DNA of 64,000 bases from NCBI RefSeq assembly GCF_035084215.1, contig NC_090340.1, positions 4,278,001-4,342,000 of the forward strand. Reading direction: 5' to 3'. How positions within the stretch are numbered: the first letter of the stretch is position 1; each line of letters opens with the position of its first letter. The notes below the pieces were generated by a model, which had not been told where the DNA came from, made no database searches, and saw only the letters and a list, made by a program, of their open reading frames with translations. The position numbers were made by a program, and so were the translations under genes. Shown here one piece after another: positions 52,501-64,000 of this stretch. The stretch is from Heptranchias perlo. Lineage: Eukaryota.

Positions 52501-53573
52501 AAGACATCGCATTGTTCATAATATTTATTTTCAGCCAGTTATTTCAAAGTAAGACAGCGTGCTACCATGAAGTGATGAATAAACTGGAATTTACAATTGA
52601 TAACTTTACGTAAGTATACAAGTGTAATCGTTTTATACATTGCGACGGTGCACGGCCCTTTTACCTTTAGATTGAGATTGAATCTACCCCGACTGATCCT
52701 GAACGCCTCTCCAGTCTACCTGTTGTGCAGGTGTTGGGCAAAATGTTCTTCTGCTGAGTTCCCAACGAGTGTAGGTCTACATTGTGAAATTGACATTGAA
52801 TTGGTAAACAAGTTTTAAGGGCACAAGAATGGTGGGTACAGGAATTGCCAATGTCACACTTTAACAAGGCATATTTTGAGGTACAATAGAAGGTGCTCTA
52901 CTGTGCCACCTATATTTGCCCTGGTAAGGCATGAGTCGAACATGGGTAGCATGAAGAAACAAAGTAGTTTTATTGGCCAGAACTTTTACACTTCAACTGA
53001 AAACAAAAGCTTTATTAGTGGAACGCTAAATACTTTAAACAATTGATTCACGGAATACTCAATTAAACATTACTAGCAAGGAACAACATATTGACTTTAA
53101 TATTAACTGGAGATCTCTAACATAAGTCTATGCCGCTTGCTGTCCTGACATTCCACCTTTTAATGGATTTCTCACCAGACCGGAAGTCAAGAAAGCATGT
53201 CATAATGTTAATATAAACACTTCGGAAACATTTCACTTAACCAGAAATAAACTGTAGATCAGCATCTGATAAACAAAGCTAGGTTGATGTCTGGGATGGA
53301 ACGCCTCATAGGAAGCATTGATATCAGATTGTGTTGTGGTTGTCTACTATTAACGATTTAAGTTTGAGATTGACAGAACTGAAGGTTTGGCTGTTTTTAA
53401 ATGTATATGTAACAGGGATAGAGACGGCCCGCACGGACCAGTGAAATGGTACATCCACCAGTAGCCACATTTCGCTTTTTGTTCTCTTAGATAATCCGCG
53501 GTTCTTTCCTTATTGATTCGCTGACGCGTTTCATTCTCTTCAGGTTTCCGACTTTGATTGCAACATATGCCAT

Positions 53574-53609
53574 CTACAGCAATCTATCTTCAACCGTCTC
53601 TTTCATGGT
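53574..53609 (-). CDS. Gene B candidate terminal exon: TMKETVEDRLL*
   Basis: caattttacag| acceptor, phase 0 compatible with the 44-nt exon. Confidence 0.35.
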   Translation of the reverse strand, partial: TMKETVEDRLL

Positions 53610-54644
53610 CTGTAAAATTGAAGCGTTTTCCGGTTAGCTGGATTAGTCAGCAGAGTGATGCATGGAACAGAACGCGGTCGGCTGTAACTAAATTAATGTT
53701 TCAACGAATATGTCATTTGAATAAAGAATATATCATAGCAGTATATCATTATTGAAATTTCACAACTTTTATTTCTGACCGCATCGTGCATAACATTTTC
53801 CGCCTGATCAGAGCGTCTTACAATCACCAAGAAGTGTAACAAAACACCATTACATTCCTTCGAATTCTAAAAAATCCTAGAAGCTGAAAAACAGTATAAT
53901 TTTCTTCTACACTCAGTGAACAACTGCATTGTGCCCAGAATGTGTGCCTCAGACATGGGTTCAATGACACACAAAGAGGTGTTTTATCAATATTGAGAAC
54001 GAGATGCCGAAGTGAAGTCGTGCATTGGGACCTGGAGTTTGAGTTCAGCCTGTACTGATAGATGACTCTCCTTTTCTTGACCCATCTCGATCTCACTCAT
54101 CATGTGGTGGTTTTCAGCGTCAAATATACAATTTATTAAAAATCGACATTGAAGAATTATTAACCTCACTCAGAGAAGCCAGCGATGAGTATGCCGGAGA
54201 GTAGGGATGATACTTAGGGGCCAGATGTCTTGTTTTTCATCAGGTGGAGCTTTAGGCATTTTATTGAAGCCTAATAAATTAATCAGTTAATCAGTCTGTA
54301 TCTAACTCTACTGCACCAGACCTCGGGGTGTTAAATGGGGGAGTGTCGACGAAGGTCTACTCTGCTCTGGGAGTGTTTGATGGGACAGTGTAGAATGAAA
54401 TTTGTTCCAAATCCACCCCCTGCTGTAAATGACTGGAAATGTTTAAAGCCGGAAATGGGACTGATGGGGATTTATTGATTTTGTACAGTGGCCCCTCGTG
54501 GACATGAGCATAAACATTTACCAACAATCTAAATGTGAAAAATACGGGATAATCGCATAAGGCAGAAATTTCAAATATGTTCAGTTTTAGATCACATTCT
54601 TTTAAGACCTCAAGCATTTTCGAAAATGTGCGAGAGAAACATAC

Positions 54645-54688
54645 CCGTTCTTCGAAGTGTTGAGATCCCTCTTCTTTTCTGCGTGCGC
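54645..54688 (-). CDS. Gene B cytoplasmic exon (44 nt): GARRKEEGSQHFEER
   Basis: tttcactag|GCGCA...GAACGG|gtatgt; matches the gene A exon in size and phase. Confidence 0.75.
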
Positions 54689-55144
54689 CTAGTGAAATAC
54701 AACATTTATCTTTCAACATATATCAGGAAGTTAGGCACTGAGAGCAGGGGAATCCGACTTAGTCTCAGCCAATAAGACCTTCAGGATCGCAGCTCATGAC
54801 AAGTTTTGAAAATTTAATCGCAACGCCGCCTTCCTTCGAACAATTTTGAATTAAAGTTCCCGCAATGCATTCGGCCCATAACACAAGGAATTACTGATTG
54901 CAATCTATGAAAAGCACCGAAAAATGCAAATAGCTGTTCTCGTTAATCATTTATTTTAAGTTCATTTGAATGACACTTGGACAAATCATCAATGTCACAT
55001 CGTGGAACCAATTAAAGCTGTTCAACAAATCAACAGAATTCGATTCCTGTAGCAGTTTTAACGCGTCTTAATCAGCCTGCCGTCATATTGTTCTCTTTTT
55101 TATTACAAATGTTTCACAACGAAACTGCAGATTTGGCTCCTTAC

Positions 55145-55258
55145 CTTTACAGTTACTGAGTTGGCAACTCTTCCCAATGACGGCGACGAGGGCTAGAAGT
55201 ATCAATGCACCCCCTGTACATCCAGAAATCAGTAGGTAATGGGGGATGTGCTCATTGC
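55145..55258 (-). CDS. Gene B TM exon: GNEHIPHYLLISGCTGGALILLALVAVIGKSCQLSNCK
   Basis: attatag|GCAAT...TGTAAAG|gtaagg; 114 nt, phase 1-1. Confidence 0.88.
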
Positions 55259-55897
55259 CTATAATAATAATAATGTGTTAGTTGCACGATTTATGTATTC
55301 AGTGCCTCCATAATGAGACTTAACTCGGGCAAGCTGATTTAGTTCTAGATATCATATATACGTTTATTGATTCTGGTTTTCCCTTCAGCAGAATCCGGCA
55401 TGTGAATTGTCTGCATTACAGGGGCAAAACATAATTTTTCGATTTTCATTGACACGACAATGATGAACTTTGAAGCTAAGAAGACTGTGGCGCAAATTGC
55501 AGCCGCATTATTCATCCTTGGTTGATGCCTCCCGGAGACCATCAGCTGAAACAGGAATTGACTTGGATCGGCAGGGTATCAATAAAGGGAAATATTTAAT
55601 TAAATGAGAAAAATACATTCTACGTATTTCTCTCTTTATTAAAATACCAGGAATTGAATCTGATGACCATTAATATAATTCAGTTCATAATTATAATCTT
55701 TATAGATTAAACTCTTTTCCTCTGATGGAGACATTTTACTTTTTTTCATCTGTTATACAAATCCGCAAATAGCAACAATCTTTAAATGAAAAATCTTTAA
55801 ATTTATTGTCTGCCAAAAACAAAACAGACTGATGGCAAATAATCAGATTTATAGTTAACGATGGCTGCCAATATCTGTAAAAATGTCAACATTTTAC

Positions 55898-56197
55898 CTG
55901 GGTCAGAACTGGAATCAAAGTAAACGGCTACGGCTGGACTCTGCAGTGTGAGGTGAGACACCACACAGGTATATATTACCCCGCTCTGGGCTGGCAGTGT
56001 CGCTTTAAAACTGCTGGAAGCTTCATACATTCCCTCCGAATTCAGCTTTATAATGGTGGTGATTCCTGTCACAATGTTGATGTCATTTTTATACCAAGTG
56101 AAGGTGAGAGGCTCTGGATAGAACACAGCCGTCGCACACACAAGAGTTCGAGCAGATGAGTTGGTTCCGAACACTTTGGGAGACAGACTCACGGGTT
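55898..56197 (-). CDS. Gene B Ig C1-set exon
   Basis: LVCATAVFYPEPLTFTWYK..NSEGMYEASS..YTCVVSHLTL; donor CCAG|gtaaaa; in-frame acceptor ttccccag|AACCC. Confidence 0.9.
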
Positions 56198-56637
56198 CTG
56201 GGGAAGCCTTGGAGCAAGGCAGGGAATACATTGTCTCGATGTGGCGAACTTAGTCCGATTTGGCGCTCAGTCTTCTTGAATGTAACAGTGTGACTCTAGG
56301 TCACAGGTACAGAACTAAACCACTGACTGGAACTGACCTGGATCTGCAGGGTCGCCATTTGCTTGTTGGATGATACTATGAATCAAATTCACACTTTGGA
56401 TACTGAACAATTCGAATTAAGCTACTTCGCATAACTTTCTAGACTAAAATGCGGACGATTCACAACCGTGTTGCAGTAACAGGAGAATGTATTTCAATGC
56501 GAGTAGACATTCAGGGCGTCGGTGCTTCGTGCTTGGTCCAGGGAAAGAATTCAATTTAGCTTTTAACTCAGCAGATGTTTGCTGTGTTTTCTTATTGGGC
56601 AGCGTTTAGTAAATAGGCAAAACGTATTCAGGTAATA

Positions 56638-57995
56638 TTTGCTTGAGTTCTTTGAGGACATAACGTACAGGGTGGATAAATGGGAACCAGTGGACGTAGT
56701 ATATTTAGACTTCCAGAAGGCATTCGACAAGGTGCCACATAAAAGATTATTGCTCAAGATAAAGAATCACTGGATTGGGGGTACTATTCTGGTATGGGTG
56801 GAGGATTGGTTATCTGACAGGAAGCAGAGAGTTGGGATAAATGGTTCATTCTCAGACTGGCAACCAGTAGCCATTGGTGTTCCGCAGGGGTCGGTGCTGG
56901 GTCCCCAACTCTTTACAATCTATATTAACGATTTGGAGGAGGGGACCAAGTGTAACATATCAAAGTTTGCAGATGATACAAAGATGGGAGGGAAAGTAGA
57001 GAGTGAGGATGACATTAAAAACCTACAAAGGGATATAGACAGGCTGGGTGAGTGGGCGGAGATTTGGTAGATGCAATACAATATTGGAAAATGTGAGGTG
57101 ATGCACTTTGGCAGGAAAAATCAGAGAGCAAGTTATTATCTTAATGGCGAGAAACTGGAAAGTACTGCAGTACAAAGGGATCTGGAGGTTCTAGTGCAAG
57201 AAAATCAAAACGTTAGGATGCAGGTGCAGCAGGTGATCAAGAAGGCCAACGGAATGTTGGCGTTTATTGCAAGGGGGCAGAATATAAAAACAGGGAGGTA
57301 TTGCTGCAGTTATATCAGGTACTGGTGAGACCACACCTGGAATACTGCATACAGTTTTGGTGTCCATACTTAAGAAAAGACATACTTACTCTCGAGGCAG
57401 CACAAAGAAGGTTCACTCGGTTAATCCCGGGGATGAGGGGGTGGACATATGAGGAGAGGTTGAGTAGATTGGGACTCTACTCATTGGAGTTCAGATGAAT
57501 GAGAGGCGATCTTATTGAAACACATAAGATAGTGAAGCGGCTTGATCTGGTGGATGCGGTAAGGATGTTCCCAAGGATGGGTGAAACTAGAACTAGGGGG
57601 TATAATCTTAGAATAAGGGGCTGCTCTTTCAAAACTGAGATGAGGAGAAACTTCTTCACTCAGAGGATTGTAGGTCTGTGGAATTTGTTGCCCCAGGAAG
57701 CTGTGGAAGCTACATTATTAAATAAATTAAAAACTGAAACAGACAGTTTCTAAGAAGTAAAGGGAATAAGGAGCGGGCAGGAAATTGGACATGAAGCTGA
57801 GTTCGGATCGGTCAAGGCCCTGTGGGTGGCGGTGCGGGCCCAGGGGCTGAGTGGCCCGGTCCTGCTCCTACTTCTTGTGTTCTTTAGATTTGAGGTTAGG
57901 ATCTGATCAGCCATGATCTTATTGAATGGCGGAGCAGGCTCGAGGGGCCGATTGGCCTACTCCTGCTCCTATTTCTTATGTTCTCATGTTCTTAA
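56638..57995 (+). mobile_element. CR1 3' part in the gene B V-C1 intron, antisense to the gene
   Basis: [29 protein letters not shown]; ttcttatg tail. Confidence 0.95.
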
Positions 57996-58049
57996 TATAA
58001 TTTCAAACTGTTCGCGTTAAGAATTGCAAATTTGGAACAAAGGGGCAAA

Positions 58050-58710
58050 ATCATTACCGCCCAGAGTAGTGGTACTTTAAAGCCGGGAGTATTGTCGGGA
58101 CATTATAAATAGAGTCACAGAGTACAAAAGCCAGGAAGTTATGCTAAACATTTACAAATCGATGGTGAAACTTCAGCTGGTGTATTGTGTCCAATTCGGG
58201 GCACCATATTTTAGGAAGAATGCAAAGGGTGTAGACGGGTTTGCCAGAATTATACCACGGATGAGGGACTTCAATTCTGTGGAGAGACTGGAGAAGCTGG
58301 GATTGTTTTCCTTACAGCCGAAAAGGTTAACGGGAGATGTAATTGATATGTGCAAGATGAGGTGGGGTTTTGCACGAGTAAATAAGGAACAACTGTTTCG
58401 TTTGACAGGAGGATCCGTAAACAAAGAACATGGATTGAAGACAATTGGCAAGAGAACTAGACGAAACAAGTGGAAATTTATTTTTTAAACAGCGAGATGT
58501 TATGTTCTGGAATGCCCTGAGTGAACCGGTGGTGAAAGCAGATTCAATAGTAACCTTCAAAAGAGAATTGGATATATACATGAAATATAATTTTGTAGGG
58601 TTATGGTTGAAGGGCAGTTCAGAGTGACAAATGGGATAGCTCTTTCAAAGAGCCGACACATGCACGATGGGCGGAATGGCCGCTTTGTCTGCTGTAAGAT
58701 TCTATGAAAT
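58050..58710 (+). mobile_element. Older CR1 3' fragment
   Basis: ERLEKLGLFSL; attctatg tail. Confidence 0.8.
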
Positions 58711-58934
58711 TAGAGGCAGGTGCTTTCATTGCGACAAGAGTTTTTAAACACACAGGAACAAGTGCATAACACAGGAAGGATCTGAAAATACTCAGTAGCC
58801 CAGCTGTCCATTCCATAAATCTAATACCTCTGAAGCGTCCACTCCATCAAATATCGATTCAATTCTCGTGTAAAATTTTCAACATTATCTGCGCCCATCG
58901 GACAGTCCGTTTTGCATGTTTACCACCTTCTGCG

Positions 58935-58958
58935 ATATATATATATATATATATATAT
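58935..58958. repeat. (TA)n microsatellite
   Basis: Perfect TA run. Confidence 0.9.
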
Positions 58959-59547
58959 AAATCAGTTAAATCTACTGTCTCTGCCCACCTTCCCTCCGAG
59001 AAGTTTCAGCCATTGTGCGTTGGCTGCCGTCTTTGTGGAAATTTCGAGCTAACTATCCATTCTCTTAATAGTCTTGAACACTTGAAAAAAATACTCCATG
59101 CGCCTTCTGTGCTCCAAAATAAACACGCCCGGGCTCCGCAATGTCTCATCGTTACTCAGGTACCTTAAACTAGTCTTCAGTTTGGCTGTCCTGGTTGAAA
59201 AAAGCGTCCAATGCTTGTTTGTCCTCAATGTCGTTTTTTGATAGAATTGTACACCGTATTCAAGGCGTCGGCGTACCAGTTCCCCAATAATTTTACAATA
59301 CTAACACCAGGGATGAATTCAGTAAATAAGCAAAACAACTGATGATACAACATATTTAACTCTAGATACTTAAAACACTTTAAATATACCTGTACTGTAA
59401 CTATCCATATATAAATATACTACAGATTGACTGTTAGCAATGTTTGAAAAAAAGAAAACTCATAACGTGGCCCTCTGCCTCTTTTCGTTATTGTGGAATG
59501 GCGGTAGTGCAATACCAACGATCGCATTTTTCTGCAAGGTCGCTTAC

Positions 59548-59859
59548 CGTGCACAACAAGCTTCGATTCGGTTCCATTTACGATCCGGTTTCCAGTGTAT
59601 CTCACTCCACAGTAATAGAATCCGGAGTCTGGGACACGCACATTCACGATCTGGAAGGAAGCCTCTCCGTTTTCCAAAGGGAAGAATCGTTTACTGCCGT
59701 CAGAACTTGGTTTTAATAAGTGTTTGTCGCCAAGTCTCCACCAATAAACATTCACATCTGAATTATCATGGACAGAGCTCGTCAGGCATTGGAAAGTAAC
59801 GTCTGCACCTGAAATCACACTGGTGCTTTCAGGGGTATGGAAAACTTCAGCGGGAGCAA
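59548..59859 (-). CDS. Gene B Ig V-set exon with fused J-like strand
   Basis: ctgttttatag|TTGCT...GTGCACG|gtaagc; 312 nt, phase 1-1. GADVTFQC..VYWWR..FQIVNVRVPDSGFYYC..IVNGTESKLVVH. Confidence 0.93.
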
Positions 59860-60019
59860 CTATAAAACAGTCAAAAAACATTAATTTCAAAATAGGGATA
59901 CAAGATATTTAGGCACGGATAGATAAATTGATCTCCAAATAAAGAGATAGTTGGATAAATAGATAGAGATACTATATAGATCGAAGAAAGGAAGAATGGT
60001 CCATTATAGCAGAGAATAC

Positions 60020-60077
60020 CTTTGTAAATAATCCTTAGCACCCATATGTACTGAAACAAACGTTCTACAATGGATAT
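60020..60077 (-). pseudogene. Gene B leader-exon homolog lacking ATG: ISIVERLFQYIWVLRIIYK
   Basis: Aligns to the gene A leader (LFQYIWVLRII vs VLHCISVLGII); donor AAAG|gtattc, phase 1. Confidence 0.65.
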
Positions 60078-60549
60078 TGATCAGCCAATGAACCGCGGCT
60101 CTAATGGTTTGTAAGTATCTGTAGATAATGCGATCTGATTTGTGATGTGATGAGGTGTCGTATCATGTGCCTAAACCTGCTTTCGATAAGCTTTTTTAAG
60201 TGGCGAGATGTGAATGCAAATGTCATTTAATATGCATGAGAACCTGACCTCAACAGAAACTGTAATCTGAAGTTAAACCAAAGCCTCTCTGGTTGGCCTG
60301 TATGCGATTTATCTCACTGACGTATGATTAAGCAAGTAACAGGTTCTCGACACGTTGATGAAATTCACTGACTTCCTAGAAGCAGTTCATATTATACAGA
60401 ATGTGTAGAAAGGAAGGGATGTGGGTGGTCGGATTGCCAATAAGCGAAGGTCGGAAAGCTTCAGCAAGAAGACAATTTGTGCTGAGTCTGGTCCAAGTGA
60501 CCCTGCCCCAAACCCGTCAGTATTTCCTCCCTCGGTCTGTATTATCCAT

Positions 60550-60920
60550 GCGGACACGATGGGCCGAATGGCCTCCTTCCGTGCTTTAACCTTTCTATGA
60601 TTCTATGATTATGTGGTCAAGAACCAGAGGACATAGATTTAAGACGAATGGCAAAAGATCCAGAGGTGACATGAGGAAAATGTTTTTTACACAGCGAGTG
60701 GTTATGATCTGGAACGCACTCCCAGAGGGGATGTTGGAGGCAGATTCAATCGTGGCTTTTAAAAGGGAACTGGGTAATTACTTGAAAGGAAAATAAATGC
60801 CGAGGCACGGGGATAGGGCGGGAGAGTGGGACTCGCTGGACTGGTCTTGCATCGAGTCGGCACAGAGTCGATGGGCCGAATGGCCTTCTTTCGTGCTGCA
60901 ACCTTTCTACAATTCTATGA
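60550..60920 (+). mobile_element. Tandem CR1 3' ends
   Basis: SRTRGHRFK..FFTQRVVMIWNALP; two gatgggccgaatggcc 3' UTR hairpins. Confidence 0.85.
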
Positions 60921-62394
60921 CCCGATGCGGCACGTATTCGGAGCGGTAAAACGATGAAGCTGCAGATTTCCAAAGGCTGCGGCCAGGTAAAGGAGGACAT
61001 CAGAGCATGGATTCTCCTCTTCGGGTCGCAGTTCCTTCAGGATGGTATTTCCACCTGTCCGTCCGAATCCAACCCGATCCTGATCCAATTATTTCTGGTC
61101 GCGCTTCATCTGATGCACACGGCAACTCCCATCATGCACTCGTGGAGGTATTGCTGGCTCAGGTCAAAGCGAGAAGGGATTGACTGTTGAGACTTTAGGT
61201 TAGGCAGCCCCAAAGGAGGGTGGTTCAGGCTGTTTTCAGGGAGGCTGCTGAGGATGTCTGTGCAACTTCACCACCAAAGTACTGCAGGAAGAGATTAAAT
61301 GTACCACTGAAACTTCACTGACCACCTTGCCTCAAACTCTTTCTGATGACCTGAGTGTTGGGAAAAGTCACGCATGCATAGGCAAACCTCTTCAAGTACT
61401 CCAGCGCCACCTAAAATTAGAATCACTCTGTCAACTCACATAAGCTGCCACATTGGTTCTGTGCGTCTTCAGGGACATTTCCTTTAAAGACCTAATTCCC
61501 CTGCACCTCTCATCATCACATGGGTGATGTATCCACTCAAATTGGTGAAAACAACATCGCTACCCCTGACCATTTAACAATATCTTCTCCTACCACAAAA
61601 CGAAAGGGAAGTACACAAACCCCAAGGGGGTATTCGGTCTGTCATGACACTGACCCTTGCGTGATACATAGTGTCATAAAATAGGTTAATAAAAGAGCAT
61701 CACGGGTTAATTAGTTTGAGGGGCTGCAGTGAGATAGAAAGAGAAAGAGGGTGCAGCACGTGCCAGAAATATCTCTTTGCAAAACAGACAGCTTGAGCAA
61801 GATAAAATACAATCGCAGAATTAAATGTAGCTGGTGTAGAAGTAATGAACATTATTCCTCTAAAATTGAGCTTGGACAATAGAATCTTAGATGAATCTTA
61901 CATCACAAGACTTTAGGAGTGTATCAGTTAAAGTATTTAAGGGTGGGCAGGTGGTGTTACTATGGAACAGACGAGTCTAAGTATAATGGAAAATTAGCTG
62001 GAGAAACAAGAGCTACAAGATGAAATAACCCTGACAACGAGATACGAGATGGGGCCTTATATCTAACGATTTCACCCTGCGATTAACTAAATGATGCACT
62101 GCCGAGCTGGACAAATCAGGTTCGAGTCAGTTTTCAGACAAATGGATAACAATTGGTGCTAACGTTAGATCATATCTTATGAACAAAAGTGGGTGTATTA
62201 TAGTAAAAGTCAAAATGTGGAACGCAATTTATCTTTTTTTGCGGGGGGGGGGGGGGTGGTGTGGGTGGAGGGGGCTGAGGACTTCTGATCAAGAACGGCC
62301 TGGTAAAAATTATAGGGAGTTGCTTGCTTATAATCACCTGTGCGTTCAATAAATCTTGAAAGATGAGTTGTCTCTTGATAAGTTGATAAGAGGC

Positions 62395-63200
62395 CATAGT
62401 GACCAGAGTTCAAGTGAGTGGGCAAAACTTTGGTAGATGTATTTCAGTGTGAGGAATTTTGAAGTTTGCACTTTGAATTAAGAAAGATAGATCAAAGTAT
62501 GTTATAAATGGTGAGAAGTTGGGAACTGTGCAGGCACAGAGAGATTTATGGGTCCAAGTACAGGAATCGTGAAAAGCTCGTGGACAGGTAGAAAAATAAT
62601 TTAAAAGGCTAATGGAATGTTCGATTCATCTCAAGGGGGCTGGAATACAAGTGGGTGAAATTTATCCAACAGTTACATAACGCTCTGGTTAGACCTGGGC
62701 GCCACATCTCAGGAAGGGTAGAATGGCCATGGAGGGGGTGCAGTGCAGATTCATCAGAATGATACCAGTGCTAAAGGGATTAAATTATAAGGACAGGTTG
62801 CACAGACTCGGCTTATAGTCCCTTGAGTATAGAAGGTTAAGTGAGGATTTAATGGAAATTATTAAGATGATTAAATTATGTCATAAGGAAGCTAGAGAAA
62901 AACGATTTCCTTTGGTGGTAGAGTCCTGAACAAGGGGGCATAATCTTAAAAATAGATCTAGACCGTCCTTGGGCGATGTCAGGACACTTTTCTGCACACA
63001 CTCTGTCCGTCAAAAGGCTGTTGAAATTAGGTCAACTGGAAATTTCAAAACTGAGGTTGATAGATTTTTGTTAGGTGAGGTTATTAAGATCTATGAAACT
63101 AAGGAGGGTAAATGGATTTAAGATACAGATCAACCATGATTTAATTGAAAGGCGGAACTTTCTCAAGGAGCTGAATGACCTCCGCCTGTTCTTATGTTTC
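62395..63200 (+). mobile_element. Decayed CR1 3' part
   Basis: Similar to the RT C-terminal and 3' UTR sequence of other CR1 copies in the window. Confidence 0.75.
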
Positions 63201-64000
63201 TATTTTTGACCCCATTTCCATCAGTCATAAGTGGTCGCTTGGCAAAAGTCCTAATTAAACGCTCGAAAGAAGGTGCAGTTTGTACTCCTTATATATACAC
63301 TATTCATATCTGTGCGTGCAGCATGGTTTCCCCGAAGTTTGCTCTTAGTTACAGTGCAGCATGTGGAACATTAATTTTCGAATTCCGGGCCCCAGAAAAT
63401 GCCACTTTCCTCTGGGGTAGCTCCTACAATAAAACGTCCAGTCTCTCTACACTAAAGGTAACAGTTTCCAGAGTTCTTCCAGACATTCTTGGCCGCATAA
63501 GGCAAACTGCAACATAAATGGATTCGTCGCTAGATTTAACTAGATACAACCAGCACAGCACAATGGCCCGCTCCCCGTTGCTTACCCGGCCTGGACCGCT
63601 CTACCCTTGAGGAGTTTGATTCACTGACGTTTCTGAATGAGAAATTTACCTCCTCCGAGCAACAAGCTTAACGCTGCAGATCCATCAGTGAGCCAGGCTA
63701 CCTGTTCAATCAGCAGCAATGTCCTGGAGTACGGCTGAGTACGTGGCTCATGCATTGCGCTACCAGTCGTCCATGAAGGTTTAACTCGGTTCTTAACATC
63801 TGCCACCTGCCTTGTTTTCTTGGAAAAATCGCGACTTTCAATCTTGACTTACTTCCCTCAAGTACAATGATAATGATCGCCCGTCGATAACTATCGCCTG
63901 GTATTTCCTTGCAGGAACCTCTAAATCCTGTTTGTGCAGTTTCTCACGGGTTTGCGCCGATCTTCCACCGAAGTTATAGTGGCCAATCCAGAGAACTGTC

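Larger units (their letters stand above)
53574..60077 (-). pseudogene. VJ-C1 gene B, probable pseudogene or impaired paralog
   Basis: Same exon plan as gene A. Leader begins ATA with an in-frame TGA two codons upstream; C1 acceptor shifted; lower bound (last exon) tentative. Confidence 0.6.

Noticed and set aside
53987-54169. ORF as an extra cytoplasmic exon of gene B
   Set aside because: No convincing splice sites in the required phase and no counterpart in gene A.

Overview
Eukaryotic, repeat-rich vertebrate DNA. The repeat families (CR1 and L2 LINEs, Deu-domain SINEs, Penelope-like elements, Harbinger remnants) suggest a cartilaginous fish; this is inferred, not proven. Most ORF-track entries are decayed retroelement fragments. 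The host genes are two paralogous minus-strand immunoglobulin-superfamily genes about 50 kb apart with the same exon plan: leader / V with germline-fused J-like G strand / C1 / TM / 44-nt cytoplasmic exon. They look like non-rearranging antigen-receptor-like (VJ-C1) receptors. Copy A (4634-8278) splices into an open frame of at least 280 codons. Copy B (~53574-60077) has intact Ig exons but a lost start codon and a shifted C1 acceptor. Between them lie a decayed minus-strand LTR/ERV-like element holding a five-level nest of insertions, and four Penelope-derived insertions. These include two ~200-250 bp fold-back mini-elements, and all carry minimal hammerhead-ribozyme motifs with compensatory base changes. 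Exon and TSD coordinates were read by eye; boundaries of old repeats are approximate.
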